From the NCBI GenBank assembly GCA_038323095.1, contig JBBQGP010000002.1, forward strand, positions 12,678 through 76,677: DNA of 64,000 nt, read 5' to 3'. This stretch comes from Chloroflexia bacterium (GTDB lineage: Bacteria; Chloroflexota; Chloroflexia; Chloroheliales; Chloroheliaceae). A program made the position numbers and the translations under genes. Of this stretch, positions 45,687 to 55,092 are shown one piece after another. Each line of letters opens with the position of its first letter. Position 1 is the stretch's first letter. The notes beneath the pieces are model-generated. The model worked only from the letters and a program-made list of their open reading frames with translations. It did not search any database and was not told the DNA's origin.

Positions 45687-46398
45687 GTTGGCCGGAGTGA
45701 TGCAAATTTTCGTAAATTGTGACTCCGCTTAAAACCGTAATTAACCAAAAGCTGCCTGAAATCCAGCCAGCCAGTACATCCGTCGGGTAATGTACCCCAA
45801 AATAAACCCGGCTCAAACCTACTAGCAGGATAGCAACTACCATCAAAATTGTCCAGAGAGTTCGCCATAGCTGAGGCTGGATAAACCGCCAGCCCAACCA
45901 GATAAGGCAGCCAAAATAGCATAAAGAAGCGGTAGCATGACCACTTGGGAAGCTGAAGGTATTAGGGCGCGGGCTAACTATGTCCCATAATTCCGGGCGC
46001 GGACGGTGAAACAAAAGCTTTAACACCTGGTTGATTAGCACTCCGCCGCCGACCACAATTGCCAGCACCCAGGCCGAGCGGAAATGCTTTTGGACGGCCA
46101 ACAAGCCAAAAGTCAATACGGTAAGAATAACAATTCCGGCAATCCCGCCTATCGTTGTAAAAAAGTTAAAGATAAAATCCAAAGTTGGGTTTGCCAGACG
46201 GTGAACCCCTAATTCAAAATTATTATCAAAGTTAGAAAATTCCTTGTCAAAAACTTCTTCGGTCAGAACAGCAAAAAGCCAGAGCAAGGCAATTGCCCCA
46301 AGTAATCCGGCCAGTGCAAAACCGCCAATTTGTTTTATTAAATTAGTTAGAGCCGTCCCGCTTTGCCGAACGGGTGAATTAGAGGGTGTCATTTCCAT
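45664..46398 (-). CDS. PAP2-family lipid phosphate phosphatase
   Basis: KLLFHRPRP, PSGH and SRVYFGVHYPTDV, the three PAP2 motifs. The 3' end overlaps the lipid kinase gene by 23 nt. Confidence 0.8.
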   Translation of the reverse strand: MEMTPSNSPVRQSGTALTNLIKQIGGFALAGLLGAIALLWLFAVLTEEVFDKEFSNFDNNFELGVHRLANPTLDFIFNFFTTIGGIAGIVILTVLTFGLLAVQKHFRSAWVLAIVVGGGVLINQVLKLLFHRPRPELWDIVSPRPNTFSFPSGHATASLCYFGCLIWLGWRFIQPQLWRTLWTILMVVAILLVGLSRVYFGVHYPTDVLAGWISGSFWLITVLSGVTIYENLHHSGQLERKNVS

Positions 46399-46544
46399 TA
46401 TGTTATTTTCCTTTTTGCATCACTTCCCTTAACATGAGAAATTAGCCTTTGCACAAATCGGGCCGGGGTTTGTGGTAAAATTAAAAGAAGGCTTTGAAGT
46501 TCGGATACTGGCAGAACCTAAAAAGAGGGCAAGGCAAATTCGAG

Positions 46545-47582
46545 ATGAAACCGCGTGTTATCTTTTTTATCGTTATAGCAGCAGTGCTAATACTTGGCAC
46601 ATTTTTTATCATCAGTACCATTCCCCAGTCGTCCAAAGGAACTGGCGCACTTTCTACCGCTACCCCAAATTTGGGGCAAAAGCTATCAGGCGAAAAGCTG
46701 GAAGGACAGCTTTTGTTTGCCCGCACCGGGAATTTGTGGGCCTGGCGGGGCAACGACGCTACCCGTTTGGCGATAGAGCCAGGTAGCCCGGTAGTGGTCA
46801 ATACTCAGGTAAAACTGTTAAACCCGGTTTGGTCGCCGGGAAATAGCCAGATTGCCTATATTCGACAGGACGAAAGCTTTTCGGATTTGTGGGTAGTTAA
46901 TTCGGATGGCTCGAACGCCCGCAACCTGACCAATAATAAAGGCAAAGGTCAGCCGCGTACTGGCAACTATAACCAAAGTTCGCTTTGGGCTTATGGACCG
47001 AGCTGGTCGCCGGACGGTTCGCAAATTGCTTATTTAACCGATATTCAAACCGACGATTTGGCTTTATGGATAACCCCGGTTAAAAACCCGCAGCCACGTC
47101 GTTTAAGTGGTTTGGCGGTTGGGCAGGGCGGGCAACAAAAGCCGAGCTGGTCAAGCGATGGACAGCAAATCGCTGTAGCCGCTTACGAGGGCGGCAAATC
47201 CCAAATTTATAGTGTTCGGGTTAATAACGGCAATACTACCAGGCTGACCGAAGCCGCCGAAGGAGCGTATGACCCGGCTTTCTCGCCCGATGGCAAATCT
47301 ACCGCTTACGTCACCCGGCGCGGCAATACCGCCGATTTGTGGCTGATGCGGGCCGACGGCAGCGGCGCAGCGCAGCTAGTGGGTGGATTGGCCGCCCGTT
47401 CGCCGGTGTGGTCGCCCGATGGCAGCAAAATTGCCTTTCTAGGATTGCGCGGCGGTAGTGGCAGCTTCGAGCTTTTCACCATAAGCTTAAACCCTAACGG
47501 GAGTGGAGCAGCAGGAGAGCCAAAGCAGATTAGTCGTGAGGCTAATATTGATGCTAATGGCGGACTTAGCTGGGGTCGTTAG
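46545..47582 (+). CDS. TolB-like beta-propeller (PD40 repeat) protein, N-terminally anchored
   Basis: ATG 46545 (MKPRVIFFIVIAAVLILG). Repeated WSPDG(S)(Q/K)IA(Y/F) PD40 motifs, about five copies. Confidence 0.7.
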   Translation: MKPRVIFFIVIAAVLILGTFFIISTIPQSSKGTGALSTATPNLGQKLSGEKLEGQLLFARTGNLWAWRGNDATRLAIEPGSPVVVNTQVKLLNPVWSPGNSQIAYIRQDESFSDLWVVNSDGSNARNLTNNKGKGQPRTGNYNQSSLWAYGPSWSPDGSQIAYLTDIQTDDLALWITPVKNPQPRRLSGLAVGQGGQQKPSWSSDGQQIAVAAYEGGKSQIYSVRVNNGNTTRLTEAAEGAYDPAFSPDGKSTAYVTRRGNTADLWLMRADGSGAAQLVGGLAARSPVWSPDGSKIAFLGLRGGSGSFELFTISLNPNGSGAAGEPKQISREANIDANGGLSWGR

Positions 47583-47599
47583 CCTTTATTCGAGTTTAT

Positions 47600-47628
47600 T
47601 TGTTATGTTAGTTTGCTTTTGCTATAAT
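47600..47628 (+). promoter_or_regulatory. Candidate sigma70-type promoter for the GT9-LCP-GT-C genes
   Basis: TTGTTA (47600-47605), 17-bp spacer, TATAAT (47623-47628). Confidence 0.5.
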
Positions 47629-47757
47629 TAAAATCAGGTTAGACTGCTAAAATCTAAAGTACATGAATAATTTTTCTCAGGTTGGCGGTTTTTCCCATTC
47701 CTGGCAGGGTCGGACAGAATCGGAAGTGGAAAAATCGAATTTGGCACAGGAGCTTGT

Positions 47758-48843
47758 GTGGCGCAATTAAAACCAGGGCTGTCAAAAACACCCGAAAAAA
47801 TCTTGATTTTGCCTTTTGCGGATGGTATCGGCGACTTCATAAATATGCAACCCCTGATAGCTGCCATTGTCCGGCGTTTTCCCTACGCCGATATAAGCGT
47901 GGCAGCTTCTTCTTACGCCAATTATTTGATTTCACCTCGCCAGTCGGTGCGGGTGGTTACGCCTAGCTGGTTCGAGCGCGAACCCGGCCCAATGGCCCAG
48001 TATTTCCGCCATTATATCCCACACGTAGTAATGGCCTGGCTTGCTGCCCCTGTTCTCAAGCGGGAAATAGATATTGATGTGGATTTGGTAATTAATACGA
48101 TTTATTTGTGGGAGCGTACTCTGGATTTTCCGGCTTACTGGACACCGCAAGTTCCGCCCCGTCCTGGCGCAGTTCATACTTTAGATTGTATCGCCGATGC
48201 ACTGGAAGAAGAATTGGGGCTGGCAATGCCGCCCTCCGAACGTTACCCCAAATTGTTTGTGCGAGAACGCTCGCGGGAATGGGCCGACGAATTTTTGCGG
48301 CAGGAAAATTTCGATAATCGCCCGATTGTCGGGTTTATTCCCGAAAGCAATATGCTAATCAAGAAATGGCCTGCCGGACATTGGGCTTATGTCAATGACG
48401 CTTTACAAGAGCGGGGTTATCAGACTATACTCTTTGCTGATGCCAAAGATTGCGGCCTTTCCCGGCAGGTAATAGAGCGGGCCAGGTACAAACCTTTGCT
48501 AGTTTCTACCCGGCTGGATAATGTGGCGGCTTTGCTGGAACGTTGCGGGCTGGCAATTGGGGTGGATACCGGGCTGTTGCATATGGCGGCGGCGGTAGGC
48601 ACGCACTGGCTAGGGCTGTTCGGGCCAACCAACCCGGAAGTAACCGGGCCATATGACCGAAGATTAGGCCGGGGGCTGGTTGCCCCTTTCCCAAAAGTCG
48701 AAAGCTGCCGCAATTGCTGGAAAAGCTTTAAATACGAAGATGATGAATGCCCGACTTTAGAAAACCGAAGTTGTATGAGTTTTCTTGACCGCGCTACTGT
48801 TTTAGAGGCCAGCCTCGAAAGTTTGGAAGCGGTTCGGGTTTAA
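47758..48843 (+). CDS. Glycosyltransferase family 9 (heptosyltransferase-like)
   Basis: GTG start. KILILPFADGIGDFINMQPLIAAI and GVDTGLLHMAAAVGTHWLGLFGPTNP are GT9 hallmarks. Confidence 0.75.
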   Translation: MAQLKPGLSKTPEKILILPFADGIGDFINMQPLIAAIVRRFPYADISVAASSYANYLISPRQSVRVVTPSWFEREPGPMAQYFRHYIPHVVMAWLAAPVLKREIDIDVDLVINTIYLWERTLDFPAYWTPQVPPRPGAVHTLDCIADALEEELGLAMPPSERYPKLFVRERSREWADEFLRQENFDNRPIVGFIPESNMLIKKWPAGHWAYVNDALQERGYQTILFADAKDCGLSRQVIERARYKPLLVSTRLDNVAALLERCGLAIGVDTGLLHMAAAVGTHWLGLFGPTNPEVTGPYDRRLGRGLVAPFPKVESCRNCWKSFKYEDDECPTLENRSCMSFLDRATVLEASLESLEAVRV

Positions 48844-48862
48844 GCAGGAGAGTTACTACCGA

Positions 48863-50407
48863 TTGCGTACTTTTTTAAAAACTAATTGGAAATGGATGCT
48901 CGTTGGTACAGGCGTTTTTGTACTAGCGATAGCAATTTTTCTGGCCTTGCGCGTCAGCAGCTTTGTGGGCGAGACCACTGGCGGCGGACGAACTGAAAGT
49001 TATCTAGCTACACCAACTGCCAATCTGTTGGCAACCAGTACCGCACAGTCCAAAGTTGAGCAACTTTTTGGCACGGCTACCCCCGGCAGTGCAAGTCCGG
49101 CTACCGCCACCCCTGCCCCTACGGTCAACTATAACAATTCGAGCATTGTGCAGAAAATCAAAAACAACGAACCAATCACTACCTTGCTTTTGGGTTATGG
49201 TGGGAACGGTCACGAAGGGGAATGGCTAACCGATACTCTGCTGGTGATGCGCTACGACCCCAAAACCAGGACAATGCTTCAGTATAATATCCCGCGTGAT
49301 TTGTACGTTTTTATTCCTTTTGGCGGCAAGGATAAAGGACGCTGGGGCAAGATTAACACGGCGTTAGCGATAATCATGAAATGGGATAATCCTAGCCAGA
49401 GTGAATTAAACCCTAAATATCGCTGGACGGATGAAAAAAAGCAGTTCGATAACGGAGTTAATCTGGTAGCCGATACTATCGAAATAATGTTGGGCTTTCG
49501 GGTGGATAACTGGGCCACTCTAAGCTTTGATGGCTTCCGCCGTTTTATAGATGCAATGGGCGGGGTGGAAGTTGACGTAGAACATTACTTTATCGATAAA
49601 AAATACCCTCGCAACGACAATGACCAGGTAGATGCCAGCTTCACAACCATAGAATTTCAGGCGGGCAAGCAAATAATGAACGGCGAAAGAGCGATTGAAT
49701 ACGCCCGCAGCCGCTATAGTCAAACGCCGCTAGAGGGAGGCGATTTTGCCCGTAGCCGCCGCCAGATGCGTCTGATTGCCGCCGTCAAGGAAAAAATGTT
49801 GCGCGAAAATCTGGCGGTTAAATCGCTGGGTTATATGCAAGCCTTGCAAGGCAAAATCCGCTTTAGCCTTGATTTTGGTGAAGTGACGGCTCTGGCGAAT
49901 TATCTTAATAGCAGCGAAGGCAAATCGCTGGCAAACGACGTAAAATTTAGTTCGGAGATTTTGAACGATACCTATCTGGAAGATAAAACTTTGGAGGGCG
50001 ATTACGTTTTGCTTCCAAAAGAAGGCAAGGGCAAATACGCTGCTATCCAGAGTTGGGCGCAAAAATCGCTGGCAAACGCTGATATTCGCCGCGAAATGGC
50101 GCGGGTGCAGGTCTTGAACGCCAGCGTTACGGCTGGTTTAGCCGCCAAGTTTACCGATTTTTTGATTGACCAGGGTTTCCGGGTGGCCGAAGAAGACAAT
50201 ACTGACACTCAAAATCAAACCGAGCTGTTGGATTATTCCAATAATAGCGCACCAAATACGATTGCTCGTCTCAAAAATTGGTTGCCCAATCTAAAAGTTA
50301 CTCAAGTACCGCCCAACAAACGTCCCAAAGATTTAGCACCCGAAATTACTATGCAGCTCTTGCTGGGCAAAGATTTCAAAAATCCGGCCAGTGCTGAAAA
50401 ACGCTAA
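48863..50407 (+). CDS. LytR-CpsA-Psr (LCP) family glycopolymer ligase with LytR_C-like C-terminal domain
   Basis: N-terminal TM, LTDTLLVMRYDP, YNIPRDLYV, GKINTA, EYARSRYS...GDFARSRRQ. Confidence 0.8.
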   Translation: MRTFLKTNWKWMLVGTGVFVLAIAIFLALRVSSFVGETTGGGRTESYLATPTANLLATSTAQSKVEQLFGTATPGSASPATATPAPTVNYNNSSIVQKIKNNEPITTLLLGYGGNGHEGEWLTDTLLVMRYDPKTRTMLQYNIPRDLYVFIPFGGKDKGRWGKINTALAIIMKWDNPSQSELNPKYRWTDEKKQFDNGVNLVADTIEIMLGFRVDNWATLSFDGFRRFIDAMGGVEVDVEHYFIDKKYPRNDNDQVDASFTTIEFQAGKQIMNGERAIEYARSRYSQTPLEGGDFARSRRQMRLIAAVKEKMLRENLAVKSLGYMQALQGKIRFSLDFGEVTALANYLNSSEGKSLANDVKFSSEILNDTYLEDKTLEGDYVLLPKEGKGKYAAIQSWAQKSLANADIRREMARVQVLNASVTAGLAAKFTDFLIDQGFRVAEEDNTDTQNQTELLDYSNNSAPNTIARLKNWLPNLKVTQVPPNKRPKDLAPEITMQLLLGKDFKNPASAEKR

Positions 50408-52760
50408 GGAATTCGAGTTGGGCGTAATTGGGCAGTTAGCTTCAAAGCGGACACGAATAGCCGCCGGGTCGGGTAAAGGAAACCAAACCAGACAAGGTTG
50501 GTGGTGGCCCTGGCTGATTGCCCTAGTAATTTTTGTAGCCGCCTGGCTGATTGGGCTGGCACGTGGCCCGGTGCTAATCGATATTGGCAGCGAGGACCGT
50601 CAAGATTTGATTTATCTTTCTGAAGGTGGCGAGGGGGGCTTTTTCGCCCCTGAAAAGCAACCCCTTGCGTCACCTGAACCCTCTTACGACGAGACTTACC
50701 GCTGGACAAGCCGCACCTCTTTTATTGATTTGCCCTGGCCGCTTGAGGCTGTCCCACTCAAGGCGACGCTACGGGCCAGCGCACAGCGTCCCAACCGTAA
50801 TCCCGACCAGACTGGCACAATTCTTTCGATTGCCGCCCTTACCAACAATAACAGCACCAATCTGGGTCAATTCCCGGTGCCGGGTTATTACGAAGGGCGG
50901 GATATTACTTTTCAAATCCCGGTGCATTTGCGACCTGCGCTTGACCGTCTGAAGCTCCGCTTCGATTCCAGCGAGGTTTATCAGCCCGGTAACGGTGACG
51001 TTCGCCGCCTTTCGGCCATTTTCTTTAGCCTGAAACTTGAGCCGGATTACGCCGCTTTTGGCTGGAAAGGCTGGCTGGCAAGCCTATTTCGGCCAACTTT
51101 GCTGGCCTTGCTATCGCTATGTACTTTAGGATTAGCAAGCTTTTTTACCCGCCGCCAAAGCTGGCAGCTAATCTCGGAAGGTTTCGCCGGATTACTCTTG
51201 CTGGGCAGTTTGCTTGGCTGGCCTTTGGCGGCAGAACCGTTTTACGCCCCCTGGGTTTTGATACTAGCAGGTAGCTGGCTTTTGTTCGGGTTAGCTCATC
51301 GTTTTGCTGCCGCCGCGCCAAATTTACCTGCCCCTTTTGTATATGCCGCCACTATTTTGCCACTTTTGCCCTTTGTCCAGCTTGTTGCCGGACGGCAGGA
51401 TTTGACCAATGTTAATCCCGGTTCAGTCGCTCTGGTACTGTATTCTGCCGCTTTGCTAATTAACGGGCTGGTTTATTTTGGGCGAGTAGCAAATTTTGAG
51501 ACAATTTTTATGTGGACTTTTCTGGGCGCAGCGATTTTACTTTTTGGCTATAATCATTGGCGGGTTTTCGCCGATAACATTTACCGTGGCGGCGATTTTC
51601 GCAATTATTATATCGGCTTGTTAGATGGGCAGCCACTTTATGATTTGAAAAAAATGGCCGAGCAGCCCGGTCAGGCGGTCAGGATGCCGCCCGCCTTCGG
51701 GGTGTTATTCTGGCCTTTTGTTCAAATCTTCGGGCGCGACGTAAACGCCGCAATTTTTGGCTGGCGCATTTTTAATGAGCTTTTGCTCCTTCCAATTCTT
51801 TATTTTTTCTGGAAGATTTTCGGTAAAATGCAACCCGGCCAAAACTTCTTTCCGGCGATTTTGTTCCTGACCCTAAGCTTTACCCAAATTTCCGAAACAA
51901 TTGCCTACGGTCAGCTAAATATCGTCCTGCTTTTTGGGCTGGCTCTGACCAGCTTTTGGGTTTATCAAAAACGGGACGGCCTGGCCGGGATTGCATTGGC
52001 TCTGCCTGTCTGGGTCAAGCTAATACCGATTATTTCGGGGTTCTTCTTCTTGCTGGAAAGACGCTGGCGAGGGCTGGCCGGATTGGTAGCCGGAACACTT
52101 CTTGTAAACGGCCTGACGATTGCCGCCGTTGGTTGGGATAACGTCTGGTTTTACTTTAGCAAGGCAATCTGGGCGGTGAACGACCCCGAACTGGGTATCA
52201 GTAACCAATCCTGGTGGGGGATTATGGGTCGGCTGATGGTAAACGAGGTCAAAAACGATTTTTTGGGCAATTTCCCGAAGCAATTCGCCCCGCTCGGCTA
52301 TCTCGGCTCATTGCTCGGCTTGCTCCTAACCGTATCTACCCTTTGGAAATTAAGTATCAAGTATCAAGTATCAAGTATCAAGTCTAAAATCGGAAGTATA
52401 AAGTCGGAAACAACTCGCAACTTGCAACTCATAATCCAGCTTCAGCTTGGGGTATTAACCTTGCTGGCTTTGTGGATGCCGCCCTTTAGCTGGATGCATT
52501 ATATTGTGCCGGGGTTGGTGGGGATAATGGCAATGTTAATTGCCCTTAATGATAAAAGAACTAAGGGTGGAGCTTTGCTTATTTTTGGGCTGGCTTACGC
52601 GCTATTGGCTTACGGCGGACGGCTGGATTTTTTCTTTGTCGAGGCGGTAGGATTAGCCCGGTTAGGTAGCAGTTACCGTTTTATGGCGACTTTCGCGCTC
52701 TGGGGCTTGAACTTGTGGTTACTCTGGCAAGAGTGGGCCGAGCCTGAGCAAGCCGGGTAG
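50391..52760 (+). CDS. Large polytopic GT-C-type membrane glycosyltransferase (DUF2029/GT87-like)
   Basis: 789 aa. Extracytoplasmic N-terminal domain, then at least 12 TM helices. GGDFRNYY motif in the first loop. The start (TTG 50391) is uncertain and overlaps the LCP gene by 17 nt. Confidence 0.6.
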   Translation: MLKNAKEFELGVIGQLASKRTRIAAGSGKGNQTRQGWWWPWLIALVIFVAAWLIGLARGPVLIDIGSEDRQDLIYLSEGGEGGFFAPEKQPLASPEPSYDETYRWTSRTSFIDLPWPLEAVPLKATLRASAQRPNRNPDQTGTILSIAALTNNNSTNLGQFPVPGYYEGRDITFQIPVHLRPALDRLKLRFDSSEVYQPGNGDVRRLSAIFFSLKLEPDYAAFGWKGWLASLFRPTLLALLSLCTLGLASFFTRRQSWQLISEGFAGLLLLGSLLGWPLAAEPFYAPWVLILAGSWLLFGLAHRFAAAAPNLPAPFVYAATILPLLPFVQLVAGRQDLTNVNPGSVALVLYSAALLINGLVYFGRVANFETIFMWTFLGAAILLFGYNHWRVFADNIYRGGDFRNYYIGLLDGQPLYDLKKMAEQPGQAVRMPPAFGVLFWPFVQIFGRDVNAAIFGWRIFNELLLLPILYFFWKIFGKMQPGQNFFPAILFLTLSFTQISETIAYGQLNIVLLFGLALTSFWVYQKRDGLAGIALALPVWVKLIPIISGFFFLLERRWRGLAGLVAGTLLVNGLTIAAVGWDNVWFYFSKAIWAVNDPELGISNQSWWGIMGRLMVNEVKNDFLGNFPKQFAPLGYLGSLLGLLLTVSTLWKLSIKYQVSSIKSKIGSIKSETTRNLQLIIQLQLGVLTLLALWMPPFSWMHYIVPGLVGIMAMLIALNDKRTKGGALLIFGLAYALLAYGGRLDFFFVEAVGLARLGSSYRFMATFALWGLNLWLLWQEWAEPEQAG
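52352..52435 (+). repeat. 84-nt heptanucleotide repeat tract inside the GT-C coding sequence
   Basis: Units in phase: AAGTATC x4, AAGTCTA, AAATCGG, AAGTATA, AAGTCGG, AAACAAC, TCGCAAC, TTGCAAC, TCATAAT. Translated as KYQVSSIKSKIGSIKSETTRNLQLII. Confidence 0.8.
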
Positions 52761-52861
52761 CTAAAGCCGGGCAACAAAAAAGCCTGCCCTATTAACTCAA
52801 AGGTACAAGCTTTTGGTTGTGATGAGTTCTGCCACGGTTAAAAGTAACTGGCTAAAAAGAA

Positions 52862-53566
52862 TTATCTTGCAATCAAATCGGCCACGATAGTTTGGCCGCT
52901 GGTATTGCCGTTTACGCTAAGTTTATAAGCACCAGGAGTGCCAGCGAAGAAAAGTCCACTAATCGGGTCGTTAGGCATTTTGCCACCGCCATCCGCATTG
53001 CAGTAGCCGAGGCCCAATACTTTGCCTGCGCCATCAGTAATCCAGATGCTAATCTTTTCACCGGGATAGTAGTTGTTTCCGGCGAAAGTTGAAATCACCA
53101 GAGGCGTACCATCTACCGCGACAGAAACAGCGTTGGATGAAAGAGTGGGTTTTGCCAGTGTAAAGGTATCAGTCAAGGTCGTACCACTGTTAATGCCTTT
53201 AGCGGTAACAGCAATTGTTCCGGGGGCATCTTCGCCGGTTGAGCCGTATTTGTAAACCGGGCTGAACCCACTAAAATTACCGAGATTATCGGCAAAAAGA
53301 CGGCCTAGCGTTGCCGCCACTCCGCTTGAATCTGTGTCCCAGATAGCGACTGGCTCGTTTGGACTAAAACCGCTTCCACTTACCGAGATTTGCTGCCCGA
53401 AGCGAATATTTTTGGTATCCACCGAGAAACCAGCAGCTCTGGCAGTCGGGGCGTTAAAGGCCATTAGAAACAGGGATAGTAGCAAACCAAAGACAGCGGC
53501 CAGTAGAAGTAACTTCGTTTTCCGGCCAAACTCTTGACGCATTGAAAAAGTATCAGGGTAAAGCAT
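52862..53566 (-). CDS. Secreted protein with two Ig-like repeat domains
   Basis: AAGGAG 5 nt before ATG 53566. Signal peptide ...FNAPTARA|AG. Internal duplication (ISVSGSGFSPNEPVAIWDTD... / ISTFAGNNYYPGEKISIWITD...). Confidence 0.6.
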   Translation of the reverse strand: MLYPDTFSMRQEFGRKTKLLLLAAVFGLLLSLFLMAFNAPTARAAGFSVDTKNIRFGQQISVSGSGFSPNEPVAIWDTDSSGVAATLGRLFADNLGNFSGFSPVYKYGSTGEDAPGTIAVTAKGINSGTTLTDTFTLAKPTLSSNAVSVAVDGTPLVISTFAGNNYYPGEKISIWITDGAGKVLGLGYCNADGGGKMPNDPISGLFFAGTPGAYKLSVNGNTSGQTIVADLIAR

Positions 53567-54000
53567 CGAGTCTCCTTTCTTTACAGCCAAACTTAAATTA
53601 GCAGTAGGTGTTGCGCCTGGATAGAAACCGCCAGTAACTAATTAAAACCGTCGGATTATAAGCCAAATTTTACGACCAGATTTTACTGCCTGTACAACTA
53701 TTTTAGGAAACTGTCAGGGAACTCTTTTCAGAGGGGGCTAATTCCTCTAAACCCGAATTACTTTATTTGTAACATATAAGTTTGCTAATTGCAATAGGAT
53801 TAATCACTTTCTTTTGTAATTCGATTGTTTTTTCTAAAATAGTCGCAGTGTCATCAGACTATGACTCTAGTTTTTGTACTCTAATCGGTATTATATTCCG
53901 AACTAGGCTCAAAATTAGCTTTAGATTTAGGATAGTCAAAAATACAAAAGCCAATAACCTACTCTAACAAATTTGTCAAAATGAATGTTTATAATCCGGC

Positions 54001-54029
54001 TTGACAAACTCAGCTATAAGCTATAGTAT
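54001..54029 (+). promoter_or_regulatory. Candidate sigma70-type promoter
   Basis: TTGACA (54001-54006), 17 bp, TAGTAT (54024-54029), about 60 nt upstream of the ATG at 54088. Confidence 0.5.
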
Positions 54030-54087
54030 ATAAACACTCTCGAAAAACTGCACAATAGTTATAACATCTTGGAAAGGGAGTAAGGAT

Positions 54088-54540
54088 ATGGAAACTGATT
54101 TCTCAAAGATAGGGCAAAATTGCGCCGATGTTCCGATGCCAATTGTAAAGCTCAATCGCTGGACGCTCCTGACAGGAGTGCTTCTTGCGCTAGTTTTGCA
54201 GCAGCCATTTATTACCACTTTTCTTTTTGGGATGATTTTGGTAGCAGTAGTTTTTGGGCAAAAAGCCAGCCTGATTTTTCAGTTAGGTAGCCGCCTTTTT
54301 GCGGCTCAAATTCCTGCCGCCGAGCGTGAAGACCGCCGCCTGATGCGCTTTAATAATACGCTTGCTATGATTATGCTGGGTCTGGCTCAAATCAGCTTTG
54401 TCGTGGGCCTACCCCTACTCGGCTGGATTTTTTCGTTAATGGTAGCTACCGCCGCCGGAGTTGCTCTGGCGGGCTTTTGCGTGGGCTGCTTTATGTACTA
54501 CCAATTCAAGCTCAACCGCTACCGTTTGCTAAATCGCTAA
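54088..54540 (+). CDS. Small integral membrane protein (DUF4395-like)
   Basis: AGGGAG RBS. Four hydrophobic helices. The N-terminal VPMPIVKLNRWTLL resembles DUF4395. The family call is tentative. Confidence 0.55.
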   Translation: METDFSKIGQNCADVPMPIVKLNRWTLLTGVLLALVLQQPFITTFLFGMILVAVVFGQKASLIFQLGSRLFAAQIPAAEREDRRLMRFNNTLAMIMLGLAQISFVVGLPLLGWIFSLMVATAAGVALAGFCVGCFMYYQFKLNRYRLLNR

Positions 54541-54842
54541 ATCCCCCAACTTATCAAGCGAGTTTCTTAGTCAAGAATACAAACTGCCCTCAAACAATAA
54601 AGGATGTGCTATTATTGGGGGCAGTTGAAACCAAATCAAAAGCTGTCGGGGAAAACCTCAAATAACCAATCATCTACAACTAAAGCCATCAACCAAATTC
54701 CTGCTATCGATTTTCCAGCTTTACCGATGGATATTTTTTTTATTTGGCAAAACCCTTTTCAAGTTGCCCCAGCCATGTAATAATGTAAGAACTAAAGAAA
54801 TCAGTTGACTGTTCCATCGAACGGGCTGTACAAGGTATTCTT

Positions 54843-55073
54843 ATGCGTAAAGCTTATGTTGTTATCGCCATTCTAACCGGGTTGGGGATTTGGCTGCTTA
54901 TGATAATGTTGCTGCTGCCCTGGTGGGTTGCAACATTATTAACAGTGATTGTAGCTCTTATCTTTTGGCGGGAAGCTGCACCATTTATCCGCTACTGGCA
55001 ACCCGAAAACCGACATTCTGGCTGGCAACGCAACGCTTTGCGCTTTAAACGCCGCTCAAAAATTGACGATTAA
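54843..55073 (+). CDS. Hypothetical two-TM small protein (76 aa)
   Basis: Two clear TM helices and a basic tail. Ends 19 nt before ilvD. No recognisable family. Confidence 0.45.
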   Translation: MRKAYVVIAILTGLGIWLLMIMLLLPWWVATLLTVIVALIFWREAAPFIRYWQPENRHSGWQRNALRFKRRSKIDD

Positions 55074-55092
55074 CTTTTGAAGAGGAAAAAAA

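Noticed and set aside
53782-53967. 61-aa ORF in the AT-rich intergenic region
   Set aside because: It is Ile/Phe/Ser-rich, typical of random AT-rich DNA. It has a TTG start without an RBS.
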